Shown: positions 17,764 through 27,972 of the stretch, in pieces
Position numbering within the stretch: position 1 is the stretch's first letter
Layout: each line of letters opens with the position of its first letter
Assembly: GCA_035510735.1 (NCBI GenBank)
Contig: DATKGN010000004.1
Span: 307,810-371,809 of the forward strand
Origin: Patescibacteria group bacterium
Lineage (GTDB): Bacteria; Patescibacteriota; Microgenomatia; UBA10105; UBA927
Direction of reading: 5' to 3'
DNA length: 64,000 nt
Position numbers and translations under genes: made by a program
The notes under the pieces: generated by a model
Database searches by the model: none
The model's input: only the letters and a program-made list of their open reading frames with translations
Told to the model about the DNA's origin: nothing

Positions 17764-18915
17764 ATGCCGGCAACAGTACGAAGCGAATTTTCATTAGCAC
17801 TTAACCAGGTCGCAACCGAACGGGGAATTGATCCCGCGATCGTGTTGGATACGATCAAAGCCGCAATTTTGGCCGCCTACCGCAAAGATTACGGTGAGAA
17901 CGAACTTGAAACGTTGACGGTGGACCTCAATGCCGATAACGGTGAAGCAAAGATTTTCAGAGACGGAAAAGATATCACTCCTCCGGGATTCGGCCGGATT
18001 GCCGCTCAGACCGCAAAACAGGTCATATTACAGCGTATCCGCGAAGCCGAAAAACAGGCAGTTTTGGCTGATTATCAGACCAAAGTTGGCACGATTGCAC
18101 CCGGTATGGTACTCCGGTTTGACGGCCCGAATATCATTGTCGATATCGGCAGAACCCAGGCCGTTATGCCGCCTCAGGAGCAAAGTCAAGGCGAGCGTTA
18201 TCACCTTAACCAACGGCTTACGTTTTACATTGAGGGAATCAGGGAAACTGCACGAGGCAACGAAATCATCGTTTCCCGCGCGCACAAGGGGTTGGTCGAA
18301 GGACTTTTCCGGCGCGAGGTTCCTGAAGTTGCACAGGGTTCAGTTGAACTCAGGGTGGTCGCACGGGAAGCCGGTGGTCGCACCAAAGTGGCCGTATTCT
18401 CGACGCAATCAGGGGTTGATCCGGTCGGAAGCTGTGTCGGACAAAAAGGCGTCCGCGTGCAGGGAGTAATCGGCGAACTGGGTGGTAGTGAAAAAGTCGA
18501 CATCATTCAATGGAGCGAAGACGCCAAACAATTTATCACTGCGGCTTTGGCGCCAGCCAAAGACATTGAAGTAAGTCTTGATGAAAAGAAAAAAGCTGCA
18601 GTAGTTCTTATTCCTGAGGATCAATTATCTTTGGCGATCGGTCGCGACGGACAAAACGTGCGGCTCGCCGCGAAATTAACCGGCTGGAAAATTGATATAA
18701 AGGGCAAAGGAGTTCCTGTGGTAGAAGCACCAGTTGCACCAGCAACACCGGAAACAATAGAAACGCCAAAAGAAGAGGGGACAAAAGAAGCAAAAGAAGA
18801 GAAGGCGGCAGCGGAAACGCCCGTCGTTGTCGCTCCACCCGCAGCAGTACAACCCGTTACACCCACCGATACAAAACCAGCGGATACAAATTCAGCAGAT
18901 TCTAAAAAAGAATAG
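17764..18915 (+). CDS. nusA: Transcription termination/antitermination factor NusA
   Basis: N-terminal domain, S1 and KH domains (GPNIIVDIGRTQAVMPP, VGSCVGQKGVRVQ, LAIGRDGQNVRLA). Low-complexity acidic/Pro-Thr C-terminal tail. Confidence 0.9.
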   Translation: MPATVRSEFSLALNQVATERGIDPAIVLDTIKAAILAAYRKDYGENELETLTVDLNADNGEAKIFRDGKDITPPGFGRIAAQTAKQVILQRIREAEKQAVLADYQTKVGTIAPGMVLRFDGPNIIVDIGRTQAVMPPQEQSQGERYHLNQRLTFYIEGIRETARGNEIIVSRAHKGLVEGLFRREVPEVAQGSVELRVVAREAGGRTKVAVFSTQSGVDPVGSCVGQKGVRVQGVIGELGGSEKVDIIQWSEDAKQFITAALAPAKDIEVSLDEKKKAAVVLIPEDQLSLAIGRDGQNVRLAAKLTGWKIDIKGKGVPVVEAPVAPATPETIETPKEEGTKEAKEEKAAAETPVVVAPPAAVQPVTPTDTKPADTNSADSKKE

Positions 18916-18945
18916 GTATGAAACGCTGGGTTTTTTTGCATCAAC

Positions 18946-20427
18946 ATGACCAAAAAGCAAACGACAACAGAAAACACTTCGTTCAGGCCGCCGATCGTCG
19001 CGGTTCTGGGTCACGTTGACCACGGTAAAACCTCTCTTCTTGATGCCATCCGTAAAGAGAACGTCGCAGGCGGCGAATTCGGCGGAATCACCCAGCACAT
19101 CGGTGCATACCAGGTCGCTATTGAAGGCAGATTAATTACGTTCATTGATACCCCGGGTCACGAGGCATTCGCTAAAATGCGCTCGCGCGGAGCCAATGTC
19201 GCCGATATTGCCCTCCTCGTCGTTGCCGCTGATGACAGCGTAAAACCACAAACGAAAGAATCGATTGATCAAATTAAAGCCGCAGGCGTCAGCATGATTG
19301 TCGTTGTCAACAAAGTTGATTTGCCGACCGCAAATATTGATAGGGTGAAGCAGGATTTGGCAAAAGTCGGCGTCCAGGTCGAAGGATTCGGCGGCGATGT
19401 GCCGATTATCGGGGTTTCCGCGAAAGCCGGGACCGGACTCAAGGATTTACTTGAATTGGTTTCTCTCATGGCGCAGATGAAAGAACTGAAAAATGAAGCA
19501 GCAGCGCCGTTTGAAGCAGTGGTCATCGAAACCCGTTTGGACAAAGGAAAAGGAATGGTTGCCACGATTCTCGTTAAAAAAGGAACGCTCAAATACGGGA
19601 TGACCATTTATGAAGGCGCCAAAATCGTCGCGAAAGTACGCGCGATGTTTGACGAATACGGCAAAGTCGTTATGTCAGCCGGTCCATCAAAACCGGTTGA
19701 AGTATTGGGATTTACGACGCTTCCCCAGGTCGGTGCGCTTTTGACCAGTCTTCCCATAGTGATAGCCGCGGCGCCTCAGGTTAAAAAAGATATAACGGCA
19801 GCGCCGACAAATGATCTTCCGGACTGGCTTAAACCGGTTAACGAACAGGAGAAAGAAAAATTAAACATTATTTTACGCGGCGATACATCAGGATCACTTG
19901 AGGCCATCACTGCATCTTTGGGTGACCGCATCCGTTTAATCGGGAGCAATGTCGGAGACATCACCGAGGCAGACGTCCTTATGGCCCGTGGAACGAAAGC
20001 GTTTATCGTCGGATTTAACGTAAAATGTCCGCCGGCTGTTGCCAAACTCGCCCAGACGGAAAAAGTGATATTTCGGACATATAACATTATCTATGAGCTT
20101 CTTGATGAGATGACTGAAGTCGTTTCCGGCATGAAGGAAGTACTTTCCCAGGAACGCGAGCTCGGGAGTGGTGTCATCATTGCAGAATTCCCTTACGAAA
20201 AAACACGTATTGCAGGCACAAAAGTGACTACCGGCCGCCTCGCACGGGGTGATAGTGTCAAGATAATGCGGGCGGAAGAGGAAATCGGACGCGCAAAGAT
20301 TAAGTCAATTCGCAAAGGGAAGGAAGAGGTGACCAAAGTCGAGGAAGGCGTCCAATGCGGCATCCAATTAGACCGGACAGTTGCGTTTCAGGTAAATGAT
20401 GGTATAATCTCCGTTACTACAGGATAA
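18946..20427 (+). CDS. infB: Translation initiation factor IF-2 (short form lacking N-terminal domains)
   Basis: GTP-binding domain [27 protein letters not shown] and NKVD motifs. 493 aa. Confidence 0.92.
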   Translation: MTKKQTTTENTSFRPPIVAVLGHVDHGKTSLLDAIRKENVAGGEFGGITQHIGAYQVAIEGRLITFIDTPGHEAFAKMRSRGANVADIALLVVAADDSVKPQTKESIDQIKAAGVSMIVVVNKVDLPTANIDRVKQDLAKVGVQVEGFGGDVPIIGVSAKAGTGLKDLLELVSLMAQMKELKNEAAAPFEAVVIETRLDKGKGMVATILVKKGTLKYGMTIYEGAKIVAKVRAMFDEYGKVVMSAGPSKPVEVLGFTTLPQVGALLTSLPIVIAAAPQVKKDITAAPTNDLPDWLKPVNEQEKEKLNIILRGDTSGSLEAITASLGDRIRLIGSNVGDITEADVLMARGTKAFIVGFNVKCPPAVAKLAQTEKVIFRTYNIIYELLDEMTEVVSGMKEVLSQERELGSGVIIAEFPYEKTRIAGTKVTTGRLARGDSVKIMRAEEEIGRAKIKSIRKGKEEVTKVEEGVQCGIQLDRTVAFQVNDGIISVTTG

Positions 20428-20510
20428 TATAGAGTTTAGAGATCAGAGGTTAGAGTTTAGAACCTTATTACTAAGCTTAATACTCTAAACACTAAGCTCT
20501 ATTTTTATAT

Positions 20511-21485
20511 ATGGATTACACACATGACATAACAACAATCAAAGATTTGCTTGATAAAGCGAGTGACGTGCTTTTGGTAACTCACGAGCACCCGACCTTT
20601 GACAGCATGGGGAGTACGCTCGCACTTTATTTAGGATTAACCGGATTGGGCAAAAAAGTGACCGTGGCATGTCCCGACCCGATGACGGTCGAGCTCTCCG
20701 GTTTCGTTGGCGCTAATAAAATCGTCAATACGCTGGGACGGAAAAATTTTATCATTTCCCTTGATTATGTTGACGGGTCAATAGAAAAAGTCAGTTATAA
20801 CATCGAGGGTAATAAATTTAATCTCGTTATTGAGCCCCGGCCGGGATTTGATAATTTCAGCCAGGATAAAGTTCATTATTCTTATGCGGGAAGTAGCGCG
20901 AGCCTCATCATCACCGTCGATACGATTCACCTTGGGGGACTCAAGAAACTCTACGATGAAGATAAAGATCTCTATGCGAAGAAACCGATTGTTAATATTG
21001 ACCGCCATCCGAATAATGCGCACTATGGGAGTACGAATATGGTCAATCCTGATGCATCATCAACCGCTGAGGTTGTGATGCCGCTCCTTAATGGACTTGG
21101 GATTGCACTCACTGAAGATATCGCAACAAATCTGTTTAATGCGCTCCTTGGGGCGACCAACAGTTTCCAGAATCCGAACGTTACCTCGGAAGCGTATGAA
21201 GCTGCAGCTGCATTAGTTCGGGCAGGCGCAAAACGCTTTGCAAAACCGGTTGTGGGTCAGGAAGAGGCGCCGTCAGGATCAGGTGAATCAGTCGCAAGTG
21301 AACCCGCTAAAGTCGAAACGACGATCCCTGCGACTCCGGCAGTTACACCAGCCCCGGTAAATCCGCAGCCGACATCAACGACGACGCAACCGAGCGCACT
21401 ACCTCCCTCACCGTCGCCGAAAAAACAGGTGGCTCCGCCGGATTGGCTCAAGCCCAAAATTTTCAAAAGCACCAATATTGCGTAA
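20511..21485 (+). CDS. DHH-family phosphoesterase-like protein (NrnA-like position in the nusA-infB cluster) with substituted catalytic motifs and Pro/Thr-rich tail
   Basis: Fold-level similarity to NrnA/DHH proteins (LLVTHEHPTFDSMGS, IDRHPNNAHYG), but the canonical DxD and DHH residues are replaced (HEH / DRH). Confidence 0.5.
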   Translation: MDYTHDITTIKDLLDKASDVLLVTHEHPTFDSMGSTLALYLGLTGLGKKVTVACPDPMTVELSGFVGANKIVNTLGRKNFIISLDYVDGSIEKVSYNIEGNKFNLVIEPRPGFDNFSQDKVHYSYAGSSASLIITVDTIHLGGLKKLYDEDKDLYAKKPIVNIDRHPNNAHYGSTNMVNPDASSTAEVVMPLLNGLGIALTEDIATNLFNALLGATNSFQNPNVTSEAYEAAAALVRAGAKRFAKPVVGQEEAPSGSGESVASEPAKVETTIPATPAVTPAPVNPQPTSTTTQPSALPPSPSPKKQVAPPDWLKPKIFKSTNIA

Positions 21486-21537
21486 TTTCTTGACAGAACG
21501 CATTCGCTTATGGGCCTAATGGCTTTAAGAGGAAACT

Positions 21538-21975
21538 ATGACTAATGCAGATAACGCAGCTTCGATAAGGGACGATTTAGAATTAAGGAAACAAGATACT
21601 GTTAATAAAGCAGCTATATTGATTTCAGGTTGGGTTCGTCAGATATATCCGCCAGACCATCAGGGTCCAATAAGTTCACATTTGGCTGAATTATATATGA
21701 TAACGAGGCCTAAAGGAGCAATACAGATTGATGCAAAAAAAGTTGTTGATGAATTTGTGGATCATCCGAGTTCTTTCCTTTCAGAGGCGCGTGCTGCAGG
21801 ATTAACAGAACAGGAGGGTTTTATTGGTGGTTTAGATCAATTACAATCCCTATTTTCATCACTAGTGCCGCCGAGGTTTGCAACAGAAGCCCCTATAAAA
21901 AATATGTATGAGGACGCAGCCATAACACTTAAAGGAGCACTCGCTGTGTTACGTAAGCCAAACGCAACTTCTTAG
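21538..21975 (+). CDS. Hypothetical protein
   Basis: 145-aa ORF between the DHH protein and rpsO. No recognisable family. Confidence 0.45.
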   Translation: MTNADNAASIRDDLELRKQDTVNKAAILISGWVRQIYPPDHQGPISSHLAELYMITRPKGAIQIDAKKVVDEFVDHPSSFLSEARAAGLTEQEGFIGGLDQLQSLFSSLVPPRFATEAPIKNMYEDAAITLKGALAVLRKPNATS

Positions 21976-22048
21976 TCTTGTAAATGTTCCCGTGATGATG
22001 TAAAATACCATCTACTGGAGCGCACAATTGCTCCTTTTTCGATATCAT

Positions 22049-22465
22049 ATGCCGAAAGCAAAAATAGTGAAAAAGCAAGCGGAAAAGAAAGTAGCAAAAA
22101 AAGTGAGCCCGAAAGCAAAGCCGGCCGCAAAAGTTACAGCGGATAAAACCGTCAAAGCGGTAAAAGGTAAAAAAGAATCAAAAAAGCCGGAAGTGGTAGC
22201 CGAACCAGCCGAAGATAAAAAAGACGTCATTTCCCAATATCAGGTAAAAGAGGGAGATACCGGGAGTCCTGAAGTACAGGTCGCACTTCTCACGAAACGG
22301 ATCGAAAAATTAGTTCTCCATCTCAAGAGTAATCCGGCAGATAATCATTCACGTCGAGGACTTTTGGGAATCGTCAGCAAGCGCCGCAGGCTTATCAATT
22401 ATCTGGAAAAGAAGGACGTAAAGCGATACAAAGCTATTGCGACGAAATTGGGCCTCGGAAAATAA
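22049..22465 (+). CDS. rpsO: 30S ribosomal protein S15 with Lys/Ala-rich N-terminal extension
   Basis: C-terminal 85 aa match S15 ([34 protein letters not shown]). ~55-aa KKxxAKK-rich extension. Confidence 0.85.
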   Translation: MPKAKIVKKQAEKKVAKKVSPKAKPAAKVTADKTVKAVKGKKESKKPEVVAEPAEDKKDVISQYQVKEGDTGSPEVQVALLTKRIEKLVLHLKSNPADNHSRRGLLGIVSKRRRLINYLEKKDVKRYKAIATKLGLGK

Positions 22466-22589
22466 ATTAGGTATAAAGAATAATAATATTTTATAAGAAA
22501 GGACATGGGACGGGGGATAAGTGAGATGGTACTTTTTTTTACTTGTAAAGAAAGGTATGATCCCACTTCATTCCTCATAAATTCCCATC

Positions 22590-24779
22590 GTGTTATATAT
22601 GTCAAAAAAATCTATTGTTAAGAAATCCATTGATATTGGCGGTCGTACACTTTCGCTTGAAATCGGCAGGTTTGCGGAGCAGGCGAACGCCGCAGTGATC
22701 GCCCAATACGGTGATACGATGGTCCTCGCGACCGTTGTCGCATCACAAAAAGAGACGACTCTTGATTATTTTCCGCTGAGCGTCGAATATGTGGAGCGGC
22801 TTTACGCCGGTGGCCGCATTAAAGGCTCACGGTGGGTCAAACGCGAAGGCCGACCGACTGATGATGCCGTACTTGCCGGTCGTGTGATTGACCGTTCAAT
22901 CAGGCCGCTTTTTCCCAAAACGTATAAACACGATGTACAGGTTATCATTACCGTTTTGTCTGTTGATGGTGTCAACGATCCTGATGTATTAGGACTCGTT
23001 GCGACATCAGCCGCGATTTCGGCTTCCTCGATTCCGTGGAATGGGCCGGTTGCAGCTGTCCGTATGGGATATGTGCATTCGGAAAAAGATGACGGGACCT
23101 ATCTCGTCAACCCGACGATAACGGAACAGGGGACGAGCGAATTTGATTTTGTCGTTTCTTCCACACGCGAAAAAGTGCTCATGCTTGAAGGCGGATTCTG
23201 TGAAACGCCGGAGGATGTGACCTACGAAGCGGTTATTAAAGCCAAAGAAGCAAATGCAAAAATTATTAAACTCATTGATGAGTTGACGAGTGAGGTCGGG
23301 AAAACGAAAGAAAAGGCTCCCGTCGCATCAGAGGCTGATGAGCTGAAAAAGAAAATCGCCAAAGACTATAAAAAAGAGATGGAAGCGGCATTTGCCAAAA
23401 AAGCGGAAAAAGAATTCGGGGGCTCCGAAGTCGCCGAACTTGCCAAGATAATTGTTGAGGCATATGGAACAGAGTATACCCTGAAGGCTGTCGAAGAAGC
23501 GCTTGATGCGTTATTTAAGAAAAAAGTCCGTGAAGACATTCTTGAAAAAGGAAAACGGTTTGACGGGAGAAAAATAGATGAGATCCGGCCTTTGAGTTGC
23601 GAAGTCGGACTATTGCCCCGTACTCACGGGAGTGCGATATTTGCGCGTGGACAGACACAGGTTCTAACCGTTGCGACGCTTGGCACGCCGTCTCTTGAAC
23701 AGCTTATCGAAAGTCCTGCGGGCGAAGAATCCAAACGGTATATTCACCATTACAGCATGCCGCCGTATTCGGTCGGTGAAACGGGCCGCGTCGGAACGCC
23801 GAGCCGCCGTGAGATCGGTCACGGGGCGCTCGCAGAACGTGCTCTTTTGGCTGTCGTACCGCCCGATGATGTGTTTCCGTATACGATCCGCCTGGTAAGT
23901 GAAGTGATGTCCAGTAACGGTTCAACATCCATGGCATCAACCTGCGGTTCAACGCTCGCGCTTATGGATGCCGGAGTTCCTATCAAGGAACCGGTTGCCG
24001 GTATTTCGATCGGCCTTATGACCGGTCCGAAGAAAAACGTGTTACTTACCGACATCATGGGAATTGAGGATTTTGCCGGAGACATGGATTTTAAAGTTGC
24101 CGGTACGAAAAACGGCATTACGGCAATCCAATTGGACGTCAAAATAGACGGACTGACTAACGAGATAATTAAAGAAACATTCGTTCTGGCAAAAAAAGCG
24201 CGGATGAAGATTCTGGAGAAAATGCTCTCTGTTCTTAAGGAACCGAGAAAATCATTGTCTCTCTATGCGCCGAAAGTTCAGGTTGTAAAGATTCCGACGG
24301 AAAAAATCGGTGAGGTCATTGGTCCGGGCGGTAAGGTTATCCGTATGATCATGGCGGCCACAACGACAACGGTTGACGTCGATGACGACGGATCGGTGGT
24401 CATCTCCGGAACGGACAGCGATAATGTAAATAAAGCAATCGCATGGGTTCAGGGTCTTACCCGCGACGTCCAGGTCGGAGAAGAATTTGAAGGCGAAGTG
24501 AAGCGGATATTGCCCTTTGGCGCATTCGTCGAAATATTACCGGGTAAAGAGGGTATGGTCCACGTGTCGCAGATGTCAACCGGATTTGTAAACAGACCGG
24601 AAGATATCGTTGAACTTGGTAAAAAAGTAAAAGTACGCGTGATGGAAATTGATGATCAGCACCGTGTTAACCTCTCCATGTTGTTCGGTGAGGATGCCAA
24701 GAAGGCTCCGCCGCGACGTGAAGGTGGAGGCGGCGACAGACCACGCCGGCCGTTTAACCGCGGACCAAGAAGATATTAA
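22590..24779 (+). CDS. pnp: Polyribonucleotide nucleotidyltransferase (PNPase)
   Basis: Two RNase PH domains, KH and S1 domains, basic RG-rich C-terminal tail. Confidence 0.95.
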   Translation: MLYMSKKSIVKKSIDIGGRTLSLEIGRFAEQANAAVIAQYGDTMVLATVVASQKETTLDYFPLSVEYVERLYAGGRIKGSRWVKREGRPTDDAVLAGRVIDRSIRPLFPKTYKHDVQVIITVLSVDGVNDPDVLGLVATSAAISASSIPWNGPVAAVRMGYVHSEKDDGTYLVNPTITEQGTSEFDFVVSSTREKVLMLEGGFCETPEDVTYEAVIKAKEANAKIIKLIDELTSEVGKTKEKAPVASEADELKKKIAKDYKKEMEAAFAKKAEKEFGGSEVAELAKIIVEAYGTEYTLKAVEEALDALFKKKVREDILEKGKRFDGRKIDEIRPLSCEVGLLPRTHGSAIFARGQTQVLTVATLGTPSLEQLIESPAGEESKRYIHHYSMPPYSVGETGRVGTPSRREIGHGALAERALLAVVPPDDVFPYTIRLVSEVMSSNGSTSMASTCGSTLALMDAGVPIKEPVAGISIGLMTGPKKNVLLTDIMGIEDFAGDMDFKVAGTKNGITAIQLDVKIDGLTNEIIKETFVLAKKARMKILEKMLSVLKEPRKSLSLYAPKVQVVKIPTEKIGEVIGPGGKVIRMIMAATTTTVDVDDDGSVVISGTDSDNVNKAIAWVQGLTRDVQVGEEFEGEVKRILPFGAFVEILPGKEGMVHVSQMSTGFVNRPEDIVELGKKVKVRVMEIDDQHRVNLSMLFGEDAKKAPPRREGGGGDRPRRPFNRGPRRY

Positions 24780-25001
24780 AGAACGTCATGGGTCCTTTGA
24801 TGATTCTTTTCTCATACATTATCCTCGGGAAAACCGAAACGCTCTCGTTTTGAAGCGTAATCGAAAAATATACTCATTATTTTTTTATTCATATCTTTTG
24901 GCTTGGGTTTGTTTTCCCTGCGGTAATGTGTGAGCAAACTTCAATGACAATATATGTTCTTAGATATGTTCATCTTTTTCCTATTAGAGTAAGATAGAAG
25001 T

Positions 25002-26108
25002 ATGTCAAAACTGTCCGATGATATTTCGATGCTTCGCAAAAAGACTGCCGAAGCCAAGCTTCCCCCGGATTTGGAATCACGACTCCTAAGCGATCTTGAA
25101 GAAATCAGCCGTTTGGAAAATGATATCGCCGCGCGCGTCCACATAGAACAGATGCTTCGGTATATTGATTGGGTTGTAAATTTGCCCTGGAACATACGTA
25201 CGGAAGATATTCTCGACATCAATAGGGCAAAAGAGTTTTTGGAAAAACATCATTACGGGCTCCAACCGGTGAAAGACAGAATTTTGGAATACCTTTCGGT
25301 CCTCAAACTTAACCGCGACCGGTGGAAAAAAGAAGAAGAAGCGGCAAAATCAGATAACGAGCTTAAGGATGCACGACTCTCCCACGCTATGTTAGCCCGA
25401 AGAGCTCCGATTCTTTGTCTTGTTGGACTGGTCGGAACCGGGAAAACGACGCTTGCCAAATCGATTGCCGAGGCCATGGGCAGGCGGTTTGTCCGTATAC
25501 CGTTCGGAGGGATGAGCGACGCGTTGGATCTTCGCGGACAATCACGCGTGCGGCCGGACGCTGAGATCGGATTGGTCCTGAAGGGTCTGCGGTACGCTGG
25601 AAGTAAAAATCCGGTCATCCTCCTTGATGAGATTGACCGTGTGGCAGAGCATGCGCGGGGCGACATCATGGGTGTGTTGGTTGAATTACTTGACCCGGAA
25701 CAAAACGCCGCATTTACCGATCATTTTATCGATTACCCGTTTGATCTGTCGGAAGCCATGTTTATCGCGACCGCCAACAACACGACGCATATCGCCACAG
25801 CCGTTCTTGACCGCTTGGAACCGATCCAGATGCCTTCTTATACCGATGAAGAGAAGATAACGATCGCAAAAAATTACGTCCTACCGGCACTTATGCGCGA
25901 GTCAGGGCTTACCGAAGATAATCTGAAAATCGATGATGCTATTTGGACAAAAATCGCGCGACCCCTAGGGTATGATGCGGGTATCCGGAGTCTTGAGCGG
26001 ACCATCAACACGCTCTGCCGCAAGGTGGCGCGGATGATCGTTGAAGGCAAAGCAACCCAGGTGACGGTCAATGAAGGAAATATTAAGGAATATATAGAAA
26101 GTTATTGA
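25002..26108 (+). CDS. Lon-like AAA+ ATPase lacking both the N-terminal LON domain and the C-terminal S16 protease domain
   Basis: HHYGLQPVKDRILEYLSV then Walker A GLVGTGKTTLAKSIA and Walker B VILLDEIDRV, typical of the Lon ATPase module. ORF ends 95 bp before rnj with no protease domain in any frame. Confidence 0.7.
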   Translation: MSKLSDDISMLRKKTAEAKLPPDLESRLLSDLEEISRLENDIAARVHIEQMLRYIDWVVNLPWNIRTEDILDINRAKEFLEKHHYGLQPVKDRILEYLSVLKLNRDRWKKEEEAAKSDNELKDARLSHAMLARRAPILCLVGLVGTGKTTLAKSIAEAMGRRFVRIPFGGMSDALDLRGQSRVRPDAEIGLVLKGLRYAGSKNPVILLDEIDRVAEHARGDIMGVLVELLDPEQNAAFTDHFIDYPFDLSEAMFIATANNTTHIATAVLDRLEPIQMPSYTDEEKITIAKNYVLPALMRESGLTEDNLKIDDAIWTKIARPLGYDAGIRSLERTINTLCRKVARMIVEGKATQVTVNEGNIKEYIESY

Positions 26109-26120
26109 TACCTAAATGTC

Positions 26121-26156
26121 ATTCCGGGCTTGACCCGGAATCCATCTTATTTTTTC
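26121..26156 (+). terminator. Rho-independent terminator (ATTCCGGG-CTTGA-CCCGGAAT ... TTTTTT)
   Basis: Perfect 8-bp stem followed within 10 nt by a T-run, 13 nt after the Lon-like stop. Confidence 0.55.
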
Positions 26157-26165
26157 AAAAACTGG

Positions 26166-26187
26166 ATCCCGGCTCGTTGGCCGGGAT
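26166..26187 (+). promoter_or_regulatory. Second hairpin (ATCCCGGC-TCGTTG-GCCGGGAT) in the rnj leader
   Basis: Perfect 8-bp stem 15 nt upstream of the rnj start. Confidence 0.4.
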
Positions 26188-26202
26188 GACAAAAAAGAAA
26201 TT

Positions 26203-27972
26203 ATGAGATTTAATCCATTTGCCAGACGGCAAAATCAGGTTTTTACCGGTTCTTCACAGAGCCGCCTGCCTACGCAGGCAGGGCGGACGATGCAGTCAGG
26301 CAAAGAATCAATACGCCTTATACCGCTTGGAGGCACCGGCAACGTGACAAAAAACATGTTCGTGTATGAATACCGCTATGACGGGAAGCTCAAGGATATT
26401 CTGATTGTCGACTGCGGCATCGGGTTTCCGGATCCTGAAATGTTCGGCGTCGACTTGGTGTTACCGGATGTGCGGTACCTCGAAAATAAACGGAATCTCA
26501 TTCGGGGACTAGTCTTCACTCACGGACATGATGATCATATCGGCGGGATTCCGCATCTCTATCCGAAATTAGGTAAAGTTCCCATGTGGGGGACGACGCT
26601 GACCGCCGCTTTCACCAACATTAAGCTCAAAGAACGGAATATAAAGAACAGAGTTACTCCTGTCGATTTTTCCCAGACACTTCGCATCGGACCGTTTACC
26701 GTTTCCTTCGTTCGCGTGACGCACTCCGTGCCCGATGCCGCCAATCTTATCATCCAAACCCCTATTGGCACCTTTTATCACGGCAGCGATTTTAAATTTG
26801 ATTTTCACCCATTAGACGGGAAACTATCGGAATTGTATAAAATTAACGAAGCGGGTCGAAAAGGTGTGCTTTGTTTGTTAACCGATTCATTGGGGAGTGA
26901 GCGCCCGGGATTTACGCCGTCGGAGCAGATTGTAGGAGTCACGCTTGATAAAGAGATAACGCTCTGCAGCGGCAAATGTATTTTTACGACACAGTCCAGT
27001 AACATTTCCCGTATCCAGCTTGCTATCGAAATAGCGCTTAAACACGGCCGGAAGATTGCCATTTTTGGCCGGAGTATGGATCATAATATTGAAGAAGCGG
27101 TTAACTTGGGATACATGCGGTTTCCGAGGGAATCGATTATTCTTGACCGGGATTTGAAGCGTGTGCCGCCGACCAAACAGTTCCTTATTGTTGCGGGAGC
27201 TCAAGGCCAGGAAGGCTCTGCATTGTGGCGGATTGCCAACGATGATCATAAATTTGTAAGTATTGATGACGGTGATACGGTCGTATTTTCGGCGGACCCG
27301 ATCCCAGGAAGTGAAAACAATGTCAACGCGGTTATTGAACAGCTATACCGGAAGGGTGCGCGCGTTGCGTATTCGGACATCATGGAAGATCTTCATGTCT
27401 CGGGTCACGGAAGCCAGGGAGACCTTATGCTCATGCTCTCCGCAATCGGCCCCAAATACATTTTCCCGATGGGAGGCACCTACCGGCACATTATGCAGTA
27501 CCGGCGGCTTGCGATGGATCTCGGATATAATAAGCGCGATATTTTAACTCCCGAAGAGGGGCAGGTATTGGAATTCAAAAGAGATGCGCCGCCGCGGGTT
27601 GTCGAAACCATTAATTTGGAAAACGTCATGATTGACGGCTTGGGGATCGGCGATGTCGGGGACGTCGTCCTCCGGGACCGGCAGACGATCGCAACCGAAG
27701 GAATTGTTGTCGTTGTCGTACCGATTGAAAAGTCGAGCGGACGCGTGACTGCTGAACCCGATATTATCTCGCGCGGATTTGTCTATATTAAAGAATCCGG
27801 TGACTTGCTCAATAAAGCGAAACGGGTGGTGAATGAGTCCCTGCGGCTTAAAAAAGGCAGGATGGTTGACTGGCATTTTTTCCGGAAAAACGTCGAAGAA
27901 AACCTCGGGAGATTTCTCCTTAAGGAGACCGGCCGCACGCCACTCATAGTTCCTGTGATCGTGGAAGTATAA
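26203..27972 (+). CDS. rnj: Ribonuclease J (metallo-beta-lactamase/beta-CASP)
   Basis: IRLIPLGGTGNVTKNM, HTHGHDDHIGG and HVSGH motifs. The true start may be the internal ATG at 26290. Confidence 0.9.
   Translation: MRFNPFARRQNQVFTGSSQSRLPTQAGRTMQSGKESIRLIPLGGTGNVTKNMFVYEYRYDGKLKDILIVDCGIGFPDPEMFGVDLVLPDVRYLENKRNLIRGLVFTHGHDDHIGGIPHLYPKLGKVPMWGTTLTAAFTNIKLKERNIKNRVTPVDFSQTLRIGPFTVSFVRVTHSVPDAANLIIQTPIGTFYHGSDFKFDFHPLDGKLSELYKINEAGRKGVLCLLTDSLGSERPGFTPSEQIVGVTLDKEITLCSGKCIFTTQSSNISRIQLAIEIALKHGRKIAIFGRSMDHNIEEAVNLGYMRFPRESIILDRDLKRVPPTKQFLIVAGAQGQEGSALWRIANDDHKFVSIDDGDTVVFSADPIPGSENNVNAVIEQLYRKGARVAYSDIMEDLHVSGHGSQGDLMLMLSAIGPKYIFPMGGTYRHIMQYRRLAMDLGYNKRDILTPEEGQVLEFKRDAPPRVVETINLENVMIDGLGIGDVGDVVLRDRQTIATEGIVVVVVPIEKSSGRVTAEPDIISRGFVYIKESGDLLNKAKRVVNESLRLKKGRMVDWHFFRKNVEENLGRFLLKETGRTPLIVPVIVEV

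Noticed and set aside
24649-24933. 94-aa plus-strand ORF overlapping the end of pnp in another frame
   Set aside because: Reads through the RG-rich tail of PNPase out of frame. No start context or motifs.
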